Source of the DNA: Candidatus Jorgensenbacteria bacterium
GTDB taxonomy: Bacteria > Patescibacteriota > Minisyncoccia > UBA6257 > GWB1-50-10
Direction of reading: 5' to 3'
DNA: 64,000 bases
Assembly: GCA_011050075.1 (NCBI GenBank)
Contig: DRGK01000017.1
Location: 39,838-103,837 of the forward strand
The notes under the pieces are model-generated. The model was given only the letters and a program-made list of their open reading frames with translations, did not search any database and was not told the DNA's origin. Shown here one piece after another: positions 36,594 through 45,564 of the stretch (its first letter is position 1; every line of letters begins with the position of its first letter). The position numbers were made by a program, and so were the translations under genes.

Positions 36594-37541
36594 ATGAGAA
36601 GTACACTTTCTCTTCTTTTAAAAGTTTATATTTTCGCGATTCCCCTCGCGCTGCTACTGGTCGGGGGACTTTTAATGCTCACAAACACTATTTTAGCAGG
36701 CACTTCAAGCACATCAGTAACCGTTCAAGGCGCTGTCCCCACAGTTACCGTTGTTAACATTTCTCCCGATCCAATTATCCCGACCGAAAATGCAACGACG
36801 AGCATTACCATTACTGCAACAATTTCCGATTCAAACGGATGCGATGATGTATTCACAAGCGGTACTATCGCGGTCGCACTCTATCGGTCAGGTGTTGGTG
36901 CCAGTTGCTCGGTCGATGACAACAACTGTTATCAGAACATCACTTGGGCGGAGGTTGGCAATACCTGCGGGGGCGGTGCAGATACAAGCGGGGATATGGT
37001 TGCCACGGCAACGATATGGTACTTTACCGAAGCAACCGATGCGAGTTCAACATACTCAGGGGAAACATGGCAGGCTCAGGTCAAGGCAGTTGATGAGTCT
37101 AATGCAAGCTCTACCGCTACCGACGCGTCGCCCCCTGAGCTCAATTCGGTATATGCTCTCACTGTTGACAGTGCCATTGCGTACGGTTCTATGTCAGCAG
37201 ATGCTACGAGTACCTTGTCTGAGATTGGACAGTCAACGACGACGGTAACCAACACGGGAAATTACAAGATTGATACCGAGGTATCGGGTACCGATATGAC
37301 GGGTTCAGGTACCATTATTGCAAGCAAACAAAAATATGCTACCTCATTGTTAGGATATGAATCACTTACATACACACTCTCAACGTCTGCTACTGCAAGA
37401 GATTTAAATATTGTGAAAGCGACCTCTTCTTCTACGCCGTCAACGCAAGATACCTACTGGGGTATTTCTATCCCTAGCGCTCAGGCGGAAGGAGGTTATA
37501 GCGGAACCAACACATTTACCGCTATCTATTCAGCCGATTAG
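36594..37541 (+). CDS. Secreted Thr/Ser-rich surface protein, paralog B of 35132..36547
   Basis: Signal peptide; same modules (RSGVGASCSVDDNNCY; TTVTNTGNYKID…; ends …GTNTFTAIYSAD). Confidence 0.55.
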   Translation: MRSTLSLLLKVYIFAIPLALLLVGGLLMLTNTILAGTSSTSVTVQGAVPTVTVVNISPDPIIPTENATTSITITATISDSNGCDDVFTSGTIAVALYRSGVGASCSVDDNNCYQNITWAEVGNTCGGGADTSGDMVATATIWYFTEATDASSTYSGETWQAQVKAVDESNASSTATDASPPELNSVYALTVDSAIAYGSMSADATSTLSEIGQSTTTVTNTGNYKIDTEVSGTDMTGSGTIIASKQKYATSLLGYESLTYTLSTSATARDLNIVKATSSSTPSTQDTYWGISIPSAQAEGGYSGTNTFTAIYSAD

Positions 37542-37576
37542 TGCAGAGTCTACCAATATAGTAGCTAACGCGGCAA

Positions 37577-38608
37577 TTGTCCGCGCTTTGTTTTCTTAGT
37601 ATGATTACAGATATGCATATACGTTCTCTAACGTTGATTGTCATTACGTTGTCCTTACTTGCACCATCGGTAGTGGGTGCGTTCGGGGTTTCACCTCCAT
37701 TTATCACAGTACATAAACTTGTGGCTGGCTCGCGTTATGAAACAACAATTACCCTCGTTCAGGGACAGCCGGATGTTGATTTGGAAGTTAAGGCAGTGTT
37801 TGATGTACCTGAAAAGATTAGAGAATGGTTCAGTGTTGATAAGGGATATCAGTTTATAATCCCCGCTGGCGTTCAGCAGTTCCCGATACAAGTTGTTATT
37901 CAGGTTCCGAAAGATACCGGTCTTGGTATTTATAACGGGCACTTACGGATTAACACTGTTCCACAACGGAAAGAAGGTGAACAGATCGCAATCTCCGTTG
38001 GCGCACGCATCGATATCAACATTACGGTAGGGGATGATATTGTCGTTGATTTTTCAGTTAAGAAAATTGACATCTCTGACATTAGAGAAAACGAGTCACC
38101 TCAGATCGTTGTCACTATAGAGAATACGGGGAATGTTCCCATTACACCGGACAGAGCAACATTTGACCTGCTTGATAAGTACGGGGAAGTACGGCTCGGC
38201 TTTGCACAAACGGAGGACTTGCCAGAGACGCCAGCCTTTGAAACTAAAACTTTTGTCGTAGCATTTCCCATAGACATTAAGCTCGGCGTGGGAGAGTACT
38301 GGGGTGAAGCACGATTATATAGAGGTGGGACAATAATTGGGGATGTAAAAACTATCTTCAATGTAACTCCAAGACCAAATTATATACTCTTTATTGGTAT
38401 TGGCTTACTTATTATTGGAGCCGGTGTTTCTATATTTATATTTAAAAAGAAAGCAAGTCGTAAGCCAACGAGTCGTAAGAGAACAGTAACAAAAAAGAAA
38501 GCTGTAAGGAAAACTGCCCGTAAACCAAAAAAACAAGTTAGTAGTAAGAAAAAATTGAATAAGAAAAAGACAGTAAAAACAAAGCAAAAGAAGAGCATTG
38601 GCTCATGA
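37577..38608 (+). CDS. Secreted CARDB-like surface protein with C-terminal TM anchor and poly-lysine cytoplasmic tail
   Basis: Signal peptide; …VVTIENTGNVPITPD…; TM (ILFIGIGLLIIGAGVSIFIF), then KKKASRKPTSRKRTVTKKKAVRK…. Confidence 0.5.
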   Translation: MSALCFLSMITDMHIRSLTLIVITLSLLAPSVVGAFGVSPPFITVHKLVAGSRYETTITLVQGQPDVDLEVKAVFDVPEKIREWFSVDKGYQFIIPAGVQQFPIQVVIQVPKDTGLGIYNGHLRINTVPQRKEGEQIAISVGARIDINITVGDDIVVDFSVKKIDISDIRENESPQIVVTIENTGNVPITPDRATFDLLDKYGEVRLGFAQTEDLPETPAFETKTFVVAFPIDIKLGVGEYWGEARLYRGGTIIGDVKTIFNVTPRPNYILFIGIGLLIIGAGVSIFIFKKKASRKPTSRKRTVTKKKAVRKTARKPKKQVSSKKKLNKKKTVKTKQKKSIGS

Positions 38609-40149
38609 AATGGTACGCGTTTACGGCAGTTTGTTTCGCAGTAATCGGACTCATGATAACGGTGGGCATTACAAATGCTGGAACAGCTTCCGTAACGGTA
38701 ACGGTAACGCTTGCCGAGTGCTCTGACAGTATTGACAACGACGGTGATTTTTTAACCGACTATCCCAATGACACGGAGTGCGATTCGGGTACCGATAACA
38801 GTGAAAACATTGCCGGCACCGAGACGCATGCAACATCTACTATTGAAACAAGCGGGGGCAGTTTTTCTTTTGATAATGCTGATAGTTTAGCCGTTGATTT
38901 TACGTTTCAGAACGGGTTTCATGGTAGTTCAGTACGGTTATTCGTGAACTCGTATGCAACTAGCTCTTTTGAATCGAGCAAGCCAGCACCTTCTGGGAAG
39001 AGCTTCGTTGGTAAAACATACGACATCATTCTGTACGAGAACGCATCACCGAATAATTCTATTGCAACAACTTCCAAAGCTATTACCATCGTGATGCAAT
39101 ATTTGGATAGTGATGTAAGCAGTATCGATGAAAGCAACGTTCTGCCGTATCGTTGGAGTACAAGCACATCGGCGTGGGCGATAATATCTGGCAGCTCACT
39201 TGATACATCAAACAATAAAGTAACTTTTTCTACCACCGATTTCAGTTCATTTAGCTTGCTCGGCACAAACCTTTCTGAATTCCAATGCAGTGACGGTATT
39301 GACAATGATGGGGATGGTAAGATTGACTATCCATCCGACCCTGGGTGTTCATCAACAACCGATGATAATGAAACAGACCCGCAGCAGGCACCAGGTGGCG
39401 GTGGAGGCGGCGGTGCTACGATAACAGCACCGCCTCAGGTTACATTCAGCGGGTTAGCATATCCCGGCAGTAAAGTAACAATACTGAAAGATGCTCAAGT
39501 AGCTGCGGTAACTATAGCCGGTCCCGATGCGAAATTTAAAGCGGGCCTGTCCAAACTCTCAACCGGAAACTACAATTTCGGCATTTGGGCTGCTGATACA
39601 TCCGGTCGAAGATCGGTTACACATACATTTGCACTGAGCGTTAAGCCCGGCTCTTCTGTTACGGTAAGCGGCATTTTCCTGCCTCCTACCATATCAATAG
39701 ACAAAAGTGAGGTAAGGAAAGGTGATGTATTGGGTATTGCGGGGCAGAGCGCTCCTGAGGCTAACGTTTCTCTTATTGTTCATTCACATTCTATTGTGAA
39801 GAAGGTGACCGTTGATAAGAGCGGGGCGTGGTTTTATAAACTGGACACCACCGAGCTTGAGTATGGTAAGCACTCCACACAGGCGAAGTCAGAAACGGAA
39901 AACGATATCAGTTCACTCTCGCAACTACTGCTTTTCAAAGTTGGTACAAAAAGCAAGAAAGCCATTCCCTTAGCAGTAGTAGAACTTAAGGGTGACGTGA
40001 ACAGCGATGAGAAAGTTAATTTGGTTGATTTCAGTATCGCAGCGTATTGGTATAAAAGACCGTCCCCCCCATCCGCCGTTGATTTAAACAACGATGGGAA
40101 AGTTGATTTAGTGGACTTCAGTATTATGGCATACTGGTGGACGGGATAG
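38605..40149 (+). CDS. Secreted protein with Ca-binding Asp-rich Cys-flanked motifs and a C-terminal dockerin domain
   Basis: Signal peptide; CSDSIDNDGDFLTDYPNDTEC and CSDGIDNDGDGKIDYPSDPGC; C-terminal GDVNSDEKVNLVDFSIAAYWY…DLNNDGKVDLVDFSIMAYWW, a dockerin type-I-like duplicated Ca-loop/helix. Confidence 0.65.
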   Translation: MKWYAFTAVCFAVIGLMITVGITNAGTASVTVTVTLAECSDSIDNDGDFLTDYPNDTECDSGTDNSENIAGTETHATSTIETSGGSFSFDNADSLAVDFTFQNGFHGSSVRLFVNSYATSSFESSKPAPSGKSFVGKTYDIILYENASPNNSIATTSKAITIVMQYLDSDVSSIDESNVLPYRWSTSTSAWAIISGSSLDTSNNKVTFSTTDFSSFSLLGTNLSEFQCSDGIDNDGDGKIDYPSDPGCSSTTDDNETDPQQAPGGGGGGGATITAPPQVTFSGLAYPGSKVTILKDAQVAAVTIAGPDAKFKAGLSKLSTGNYNFGIWAADTSGRRSVTHTFALSVKPGSSVTVSGIFLPPTISIDKSEVRKGDVLGIAGQSAPEANVSLIVHSHSIVKKVTVDKSGAWFYKLDTTELEYGKHSTQAKSETENDISSLSQLLLFKVGTKSKKAIPLAVVELKGDVNSDEKVNLVDFSIAAYWYKRPSPPSAVDLNNDGKVDLVDFSIMAYWWTG

Positions 40150-40168
40150 TGAAAACTAAACTGCAATT

Positions 40169-41068
40169 ATGAAACAATTCTTGATCAGTATTTGTCTCTT
40201 ATTCTTCGCATTCGGCATAAGTATGGTGAGTGCCGTTGAGCTATCTTTTGATTCTCCCGTATATAAAATAGGACTGGGGAAATTTATTGCTATTGATGTC
40301 TTAGTAGATTTCCAAGGTGAGGCAATCAATACATTAGAAGGAAGAATACACGTTCCCGAATCTTTTGATATTGTAAACACAAACACTGCGGGATCGGTGA
40401 TAAATCTCTGGATTCAGGAACCGAAAATAGAAGTTAATAGTGTCTATTTCTCCGGCATCATACCGGGTGGATTTGGTAGTCAGCTTAGTGACGGTACGGG
40501 CATCGGTAACGAGTTGGAGATATTAACTATTACATTAGAAGCCAAGAGAGAAGATGCAAACAGCATTACGGCAGGGGACACCAAAGCACTTTTGAACGAT
40601 GGATTTGGAACGGAAACCGATATAGCTACAAAGCCATGGTTTTATGAAATTTCTGAAAGCTATACCGGGGGAGGCGTTGAAGCAGTAATAGATAGCGAGC
40701 CGCCCGGGAATTTTAAGCCGGAAGTTACCAGAAGTGAAACCGTGTTTTCAGGGCAATACTTTGTAGTTTTCAGTACACAAGATAAAGAATCGGGAATGAA
40801 ACGCTATGAGGTTGCAGAACAGCGCGGAAGAAAAACTGAGAACTACTCAGTTTTGGACTGGAAAATTACAAAAAGCCCCTATATTTTGGAAGACCAGACA
40901 TTAAGGAGCTACATCTACGTAAAAGCAATTGACAATACGGGGAATGAGATAATTGCAGTAGTTCCGCCGCATAACCTATTAGTACGGTATTGGTATGTAC
41001 TCATTTTGTTTATAATAATAGTAGGAATTAGTTTCGCTTATACTAAAACAAAGCGAAAGAATTCATGA
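40169..41068 (+). CDS. Membrane-anchored cohesin-like domain protein 1
   Basis: Signal peptide; beta-rich domain alignable to type-I cohesin (…GRIHVPESFDIVNTNTAGSVINLWIQEP…); C-terminal TM (YVLILFIIIVGISFAY) plus KTKRKNS. Confidence 0.5.
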   Translation: MKQFLISICLLFFAFGISMVSAVELSFDSPVYKIGLGKFIAIDVLVDFQGEAINTLEGRIHVPESFDIVNTNTAGSVINLWIQEPKIEVNSVYFSGIIPGGFGSQLSDGTGIGNELEILTITLEAKREDANSITAGDTKALLNDGFGTETDIATKPWFYEISESYTGGGVEAVIDSEPPGNFKPEVTRSETVFSGQYFVVFSTQDKESGMKRYEVAEQRGRKTENYSVLDWKITKSPYILEDQTLRSYIYVKAIDNTGNEIIAVVPPHNLLVRYWYVLILFIIIVGISFAYTKTKRKNS

Positions 41069-42147
41069 AGAAAAAGACATTACTCTTAAGTACGATACTG
41101 ATTTTATTTGGCGTGGTTACAACTGCCCACGGGGCTAACTTGTATTTCTCTCCATCGGGAGGAAGTTTCTATAAAGGCGAGAATTTTACCATTGGTGTTT
41201 TCGTAAATACAGACAGGGCCACTAATGCCATCTCCGGCGTCTTAACGTTTCCCACTAGATACGTTGAGGCGGTGAGCGTGCGCAAGAGTAATTCCATAGT
41301 CAATCTTTGGGTTCAGGAACCCTCATTTTCCAATATAGGTGATTTCGGCAATATCAGGTTTGAAGGTGTTATTCTCAACCCAGGCTTTACTGGCACCAGA
41401 GGAAAAATACTTGATGTTGTTTTTCGAGTAAAGAACAATGGTTTTATGAATTTGGAATTCGTTGAGGTCGCTATTCTAGCTAACGATGGGTTAGGAACAA
41501 ATATAGCAGTTCCGGACGGTGAAGCTAGCTTTGTACTAAAATCAAAACCGGTATACTCACCGGAGTCTGTAGAAATAACTGGAGGAAAACAAGAATTATC
41601 TGCAACCTCAACGCCACCGATTATAATAGTCAGGGAAGTAAGACCAGAACCACCATCAGGTATACTTGGATTATGGGAAGTTTTACCGACCTGGATAAAA
41701 ACCATCACTTTGGCTCTTGTTGGTCTGGCAACAATTCTACTCGGACTTGTTATTATCAGTCTCGGTATAATTGTTTTGATTTGGCTTTGGAGTTATATAT
41801 GGCGTAGGAGGAATATAATTGAGGGTTGGCTTGTATCATTTCCGAGAGCTGTAAATCATTTTACACGCAGAGTCCTTGTGTTTATACGCGGAGCAGAAAA
41901 GGAAATAAAAGGAGATTTGAAATATAGCATTCCACGAGTGAAAGACATAGTTAAGGAAGCAGGGCGCGAGCCACCGTTAAAGCAGTTAGTGAAAGATTAC
42001 TTTAGCTCAATACGTAAAATCATAAAACGCTTTTTCACGAAAAATGAATCGTGGCAAGAGAGTGTACTAGATGACATATCAAATTCTAAAACACCTGATC
42101 CTAAAAGGTCTGAAGATATAATACAGGAAGAGGAAGAACAGCTATGA
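41065..42147 (+). CDS. Membrane-anchored cohesin-like domain protein 2 with conserved cytoplasmic tail
   Basis: …GENFTIGVFVNTDRATNAISGVLTFPTRYVEAVSV… / …GKILDVVFRVKNNGFMNLEFVEVAIL… resemble CipA cohesin strands; TM; ~100-aa basic tail. Confidence 0.5.
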   Translation: MKKKTLLLSTILILFGVVTTAHGANLYFSPSGGSFYKGENFTIGVFVNTDRATNAISGVLTFPTRYVEAVSVRKSNSIVNLWVQEPSFSNIGDFGNIRFEGVILNPGFTGTRGKILDVVFRVKNNGFMNLEFVEVAILANDGLGTNIAVPDGEASFVLKSKPVYSPESVEITGGKQELSATSTPPIIIVREVRPEPPSGILGLWEVLPTWIKTITLALVGLATILLGLVIISLGIIVLIWLWSYIWRRRNIIEGWLVSFPRAVNHFTRRVLVFIRGAEKEIKGDLKYSIPRVKDIVKEAGREPPLKQLVKDYFSSIRKIIKRFFTKNESWQESVLDDISNSKTPDPKRSEDIIQEEEEQL

Positions 42148-42461
42148 TAAAGGCGATATTTTTCTTTATTGTGGGAGTGGCAGCAGTAATTGTGTTACTG
42201 CTCGGTGTTGGTTTAGTGGTAGTTGTCTTGGTCTGGTTTTGGAACTACGGACGATACGAAGGTGGAAAACTTCTTAGGAAAGTCCTTGTCTCCGCAAGGG
42301 CAACGGAGGAAGAAATCGAGAGTGATGTGCAGTATAGCGTCCGGAGAGTAAAGAAAACCCTTGAAAAAACCAAGAAGAATCTATCATTGAAAGAAATGGT
42401 GAATGCTTACTGGAAATCGGTTGAAAAAATTGTAGAGCGCTTTCTTACGAAAAACAAGTAA
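42144..42461 (+). CDS. Small membrane protein, paralog of the TM plus cytoplasmic tail of 41065..42147
   Basis: WFWNYGRYEGGKLLRKVLVSARATEEEIESDVQYSVRRVKKTLEK… parallels WLWSYIWRRRNIIEGWLVSFPRAVNHFTRRVLVFIRGAEKEIKGDLKYSIPRVKDIVKE…. Confidence 0.5.
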   Translation: MIKAIFFFIVGVAAVIVLLLGVGLVVVVLVWFWNYGRYEGGKLLRKVLVSARATEEEIESDVQYSVRRVKKTLEKTKKNLSLKEMVNAYWKSVEKIVERFLTKNK

Positions 42462-42472
42462 CGGGGTGTCTA

Positions 42473-42506
42473 AAAAGATTAATGACATACGTGTCGTTAA
42501 TCTTTT
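42473..42506. terminator. Bidirectional terminator hairpin between convergent genes
   Basis: AAAAGATTAAtgacatacgtgtcgTTAATCTTTT. Confidence 0.55.
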
Positions 42507-43603
42507 AGGCTTTCAATAATAGCAACTTCTAGGGGGATAATAGGGAACTGGCTATAGCGCATCTGACTATACGCAGTAATGAGCGCTCTTAAGAGTTCAA
42601 GGTGTTTTTCTGTAAAAAGCTTTGCGTGATCACTAAGCTTTTTTAAGTGTTCGTTTATAAGTTCTTTTTCAAATTCTTTCTTCATGCTCGGACTAAAAGA
42701 AAGCACTGCGGTACGTCGGAGGTATTGAATAACATCCTTAGTAAACTGAACAAGGTTGTATCCCTTGTCATTAACTTCAGCTATATGCTTGAGTGCTTTA
42801 TCAATATCGCTAGTTAATAAATATCCGGAAAACTCAGAAAGAGCACTGAATCCAATTTTACCAACCATTTCTTCTACTTCATCAATAGTAATATCTTTAT
42901 CGCCCCCCGCGGTGAGCTGGTCTAAGAGCGACTCTGCATCACGAAAACTTCCCTCTGCTGCTGCTGCAATGAGCTCCAACGCTTCACTTGAGATTTTCAT
43001 TTTCTCCTTCTTGACGATTGATCTGAGTTTGATAATCAACTGCTGCAGCGATACACGTTTAAACTGAAACTGTTGGGTACGAGAGAGGATCGTGACAGGT
43101 ATCTTTTCGATTTCTGTGGTGGCGAGAATGAGAATAATATACTTCGGCGGCTCCTCCAGTGTTTTTAAAAGCGCATTGAAGGCATCCTTGGTCATCATGT
43201 GTACTTCATCAATAATGAATACCTTATAGCGCGTGTTAGACGGTGAAACACGGATGTTTTCCTTCAAACTGCGTATTTCATCAATACCACGATTCGATGC
43301 AGCATCAATTTCAATAACATTCAGATTACGCCCATCACTAATTTCCTGACATACCGAGCATTTGTTACACGGCTCTCCTTTCTTACTGAACACAGCATCT
43401 TTCTGTCGGGTAAGACAGTTTGCCACCTTTGCAATGAGCCGTGCGGTTGTTGTCTTTCCAGTTCCGCGCGGACCGGAGAAAAGATATGCATGTGCAATCT
43501 TGTCTTGTCGTACCGCTTCTTGAAGAATGCGGACAATGAGGTCTTGTCCGAGTATGTCGCTAAATGTTGACGGACGATATTTACGATATAGTGCAAGTGC
43601 CAT
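42497..43603 (-). CDS. dnaX: DNA polymerase III subunit gamma/tau (short form)
   Basis: MALALYRKYRPSTFSDILGQ…GPRGTGKTT…; Zn module CNKCSVCQ. Confidence 0.85.
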   Translation of the reverse strand: MALALYRKYRPSTFSDILGQDLIVRILQEAVRQDKIAHAYLFSGPRGTGKTTTARLIAKVANCLTRQKDAVFSKKGEPCNKCSVCQEISDGRNLNVIEIDAASNRGIDEIRSLKENIRVSPSNTRYKVFIIDEVHMMTKDAFNALLKTLEEPPKYIILILATTEIEKIPVTILSRTQQFQFKRVSLQQLIIKLRSIVKKEKMKISSEALELIAAAAEGSFRDAESLLDQLTAGGDKDITIDEVEEMVGKIGFSALSEFSGYLLTSDIDKALKHIAEVNDKGYNLVQFTKDVIQYLRRTAVLSFSPSMKKEFEKELINEHLKKLSDHAKLFTEKHLELLRALITAYSQMRYSQFPIIPLEVAIIESLKD

Positions 43604-43653
43604 ATAAGATATAGTTATGCTTCTTCTTTATTATTACTCTAAAACTTCGTATT

Positions 43654-44154
43654 ATGAAAGTGTATGAAAATATTCTGGATAACACAGAAACATCTATGGG
43701 TCAATTAGAACTCAAAACAGCAGTATTTAAGGAGGGGGAGTATATCCCAGAAAGATTTACCTGCGACGGAGATGATATAAACCCGCTCATTGAGATTCGC
43801 GGTGCGCCGGAAGGAACAAAGAGTTTAGCGCTCGTTGTAGATGATCCCGATGCGTCATCGGGCGGTGTTTGGGATCACTGGGTACTATGGAACATTGATC
43901 AGAAAACTCAATACATTCATGAAGATGCTATACCTGCGGGTGCTGTAGTAGGTACAACAAGCTGGGATAAGAATGTGTATGGCGGTCCATGTCCACCGAA
44001 AGGGGACAAAGCTCACCGATACCGGTTTAAACTTTATGCACTTGATACTCTGCTTAACCTACCCGAAACAGCACATAAGTCGGAATTGGAACAAGCAATG
44101 GAAGGACATATTATAGAACAAACCGTGCTGACTGGATTATATGGAAGAAAGTAG
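43654..44154 (+). CDS. YbhB/YbcL-family phosphatidylethanolamine-binding protein (PEBP)
   Basis: LALVVDDPDASSGGVWDHWVLWNI…HRYRFKLYALD. Confidence 0.8.
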   Translation: MKVYENILDNTETSMGQLELKTAVFKEGEYIPERFTCDGDDINPLIEIRGAPEGTKSLALVVDDPDASSGGVWDHWVLWNIDQKTQYIHEDAIPAGAVVGTTSWDKNVYGGPCPPKGDKAHRYRFKLYALDTLLNLPETAHKSELEQAMEGHIIEQTVLTGLYGRK

Positions 44155-44170
44155 TTCTTTACGTTAGCAT

Positions 44171-44503
44171 ATGATAAATCTTCCGCAGAATGATAAGCGG
44201 TATTCTTGGACATTTCACGCAAAGGAAAAGATGGAGTACTATGGTATTTCTCCAAGTCGAGTTCGGCGTATCGTACGCAAACCGACACGCGTTGAGGAGG
44301 GTATTGCATTGAATACCGTTGCAGCTATGCAGCCGGCCGGCACGAAGCGACACCAAGAGATCTGGGTAATGTACCGTACCGGAAGAGATAAAGATAATGC
44401 GAAGAAGATTCGCATTATTACCGCCTGGCGATATCCGGGTGAAAGTCCTGAACGTAACCCAGTACCGCTTGATATATTAGAAGATATAAAGAGCTTACTT
44501 TAA
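44171..44503 (+). CDS. Hypothetical protein (possible BrnT/DUF4258-like fold)
   Basis: 110 aa; C-terminal …IRIITAWRY resembles the BrnT/DUF4258 end motif (RIISAR); weak. Confidence 0.3.
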   Translation: MINLPQNDKRYSWTFHAKEKMEYYGISPSRVRRIVRKPTRVEEGIALNTVAAMQPAGTKRHQEIWVMYRTGRDKDNAKKIRIITAWRYPGESPERNPVPLDILEDIKSLL

Positions 44504-44507
44504 CTTA

Positions 44508-45524
44508 ATGAAAAAACTTTCTATTGGTATCGTTGGATTACCCAACGTGGGGAAATCCACGTTATTTAATATTCTCACCGGACAGTCGGTAACATCCGCG
44601 AACTACCCATTTGCCACGATTGACCCAAATGTTGGTATGGTACGCGTACCCGATGAACGCCTGGATAAGCTCGCAGAACTTTCAGATTCAAAGGAAAAGA
44701 TTCCCGCCGTTGTGGAATTTTATGACATTGCCGGACTCGTTAAAGGTGCACATAAGGGGGAGGGTCTGGGAAATAAATTTTTGAGCCATATCAAAAACAC
44801 ACACGCTATATTACACCTCGTCCGTGTTTTTGAGGGCAGGAACATTGTACACGTGGAGGGAGCAGCAGATCCCATGCGCGATATTCAGACTATTGAAGAT
44901 GAGTTGATTCTCACCGACCTGTTCACCATAGAGAACCATATTGAACGAGTGCGCGGAAAAACAAGAACGGGAGATAGAGAAGCAAAAAAAGAACTGGAGA
45001 CGTTAGAGAAGGTGAAGCAGGTACTGGAAAGTGGTACACCTCTTGCCGCAAGCGATATGTATACAGAGAATGATGTGCAACGTGCTGTACGGCATATACA
45101 TCTGCTCACCGCAAAACATCAGCTGTTCCTACTAAACGGTGAGGCGTCAGAGATATCCGACGAACTTAAACAGAAAATAACCAGTATGGGATTTGATTAC
45201 GTTGTCGCTGATCTTGCAGAACAGAACACGATACCAAACCTCATAACGAAAGCGTACGAAGTGCTAAACCTCATAAGCTTTTTTACAACAGGCGAAAAAG
45301 AAACGCGTGCATGGACAACAATGCGTGGCGTAAAAGCACCGGAAGCTGCCGGTGTTATTCACTCTGATTTTGAAGAGAAATTTATTCGACTGGAAACCAT
45401 TAATTGGGAAAAATTAATAGAGGCCGGTGGCTGGAATAAGGCACGTGACAAAGGCCTTATTCGTGTGGAAGGAAAAGAATATATTGTCAAAGACGGCGAT
45501 GTAGTTGTCGTACGGCACGGTTAA
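44508..45524 (+). CDS. ychF: Ribosome-binding ATPase YchF (Obg-family)
   Basis: MKKLSIGIVGLPNVGKSTLFN…NYPFATIDPNVG; C-terminal TGS-like domain; 338 aa (slightly short). Confidence 0.85.
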   Translation: MKKLSIGIVGLPNVGKSTLFNILTGQSVTSANYPFATIDPNVGMVRVPDERLDKLAELSDSKEKIPAVVEFYDIAGLVKGAHKGEGLGNKFLSHIKNTHAILHLVRVFEGRNIVHVEGAADPMRDIQTIEDELILTDLFTIENHIERVRGKTRTGDREAKKELETLEKVKQVLESGTPLAASDMYTENDVQRAVRHIHLLTAKHQLFLLNGEASEISDELKQKITSMGFDYVVADLAEQNTIPNLITKAYEVLNLISFFTTGEKETRAWTTMRGVKAPEAAGVIHSDFEEKFIRLETINWEKLIEAGGWNKARDKGLIRVEGKEYIVKDGDVVVVRHG

Positions 45525-45564
45525 TTCATTGATAAAGCTGTATGAAGCTTTATACTGAGCGTAT

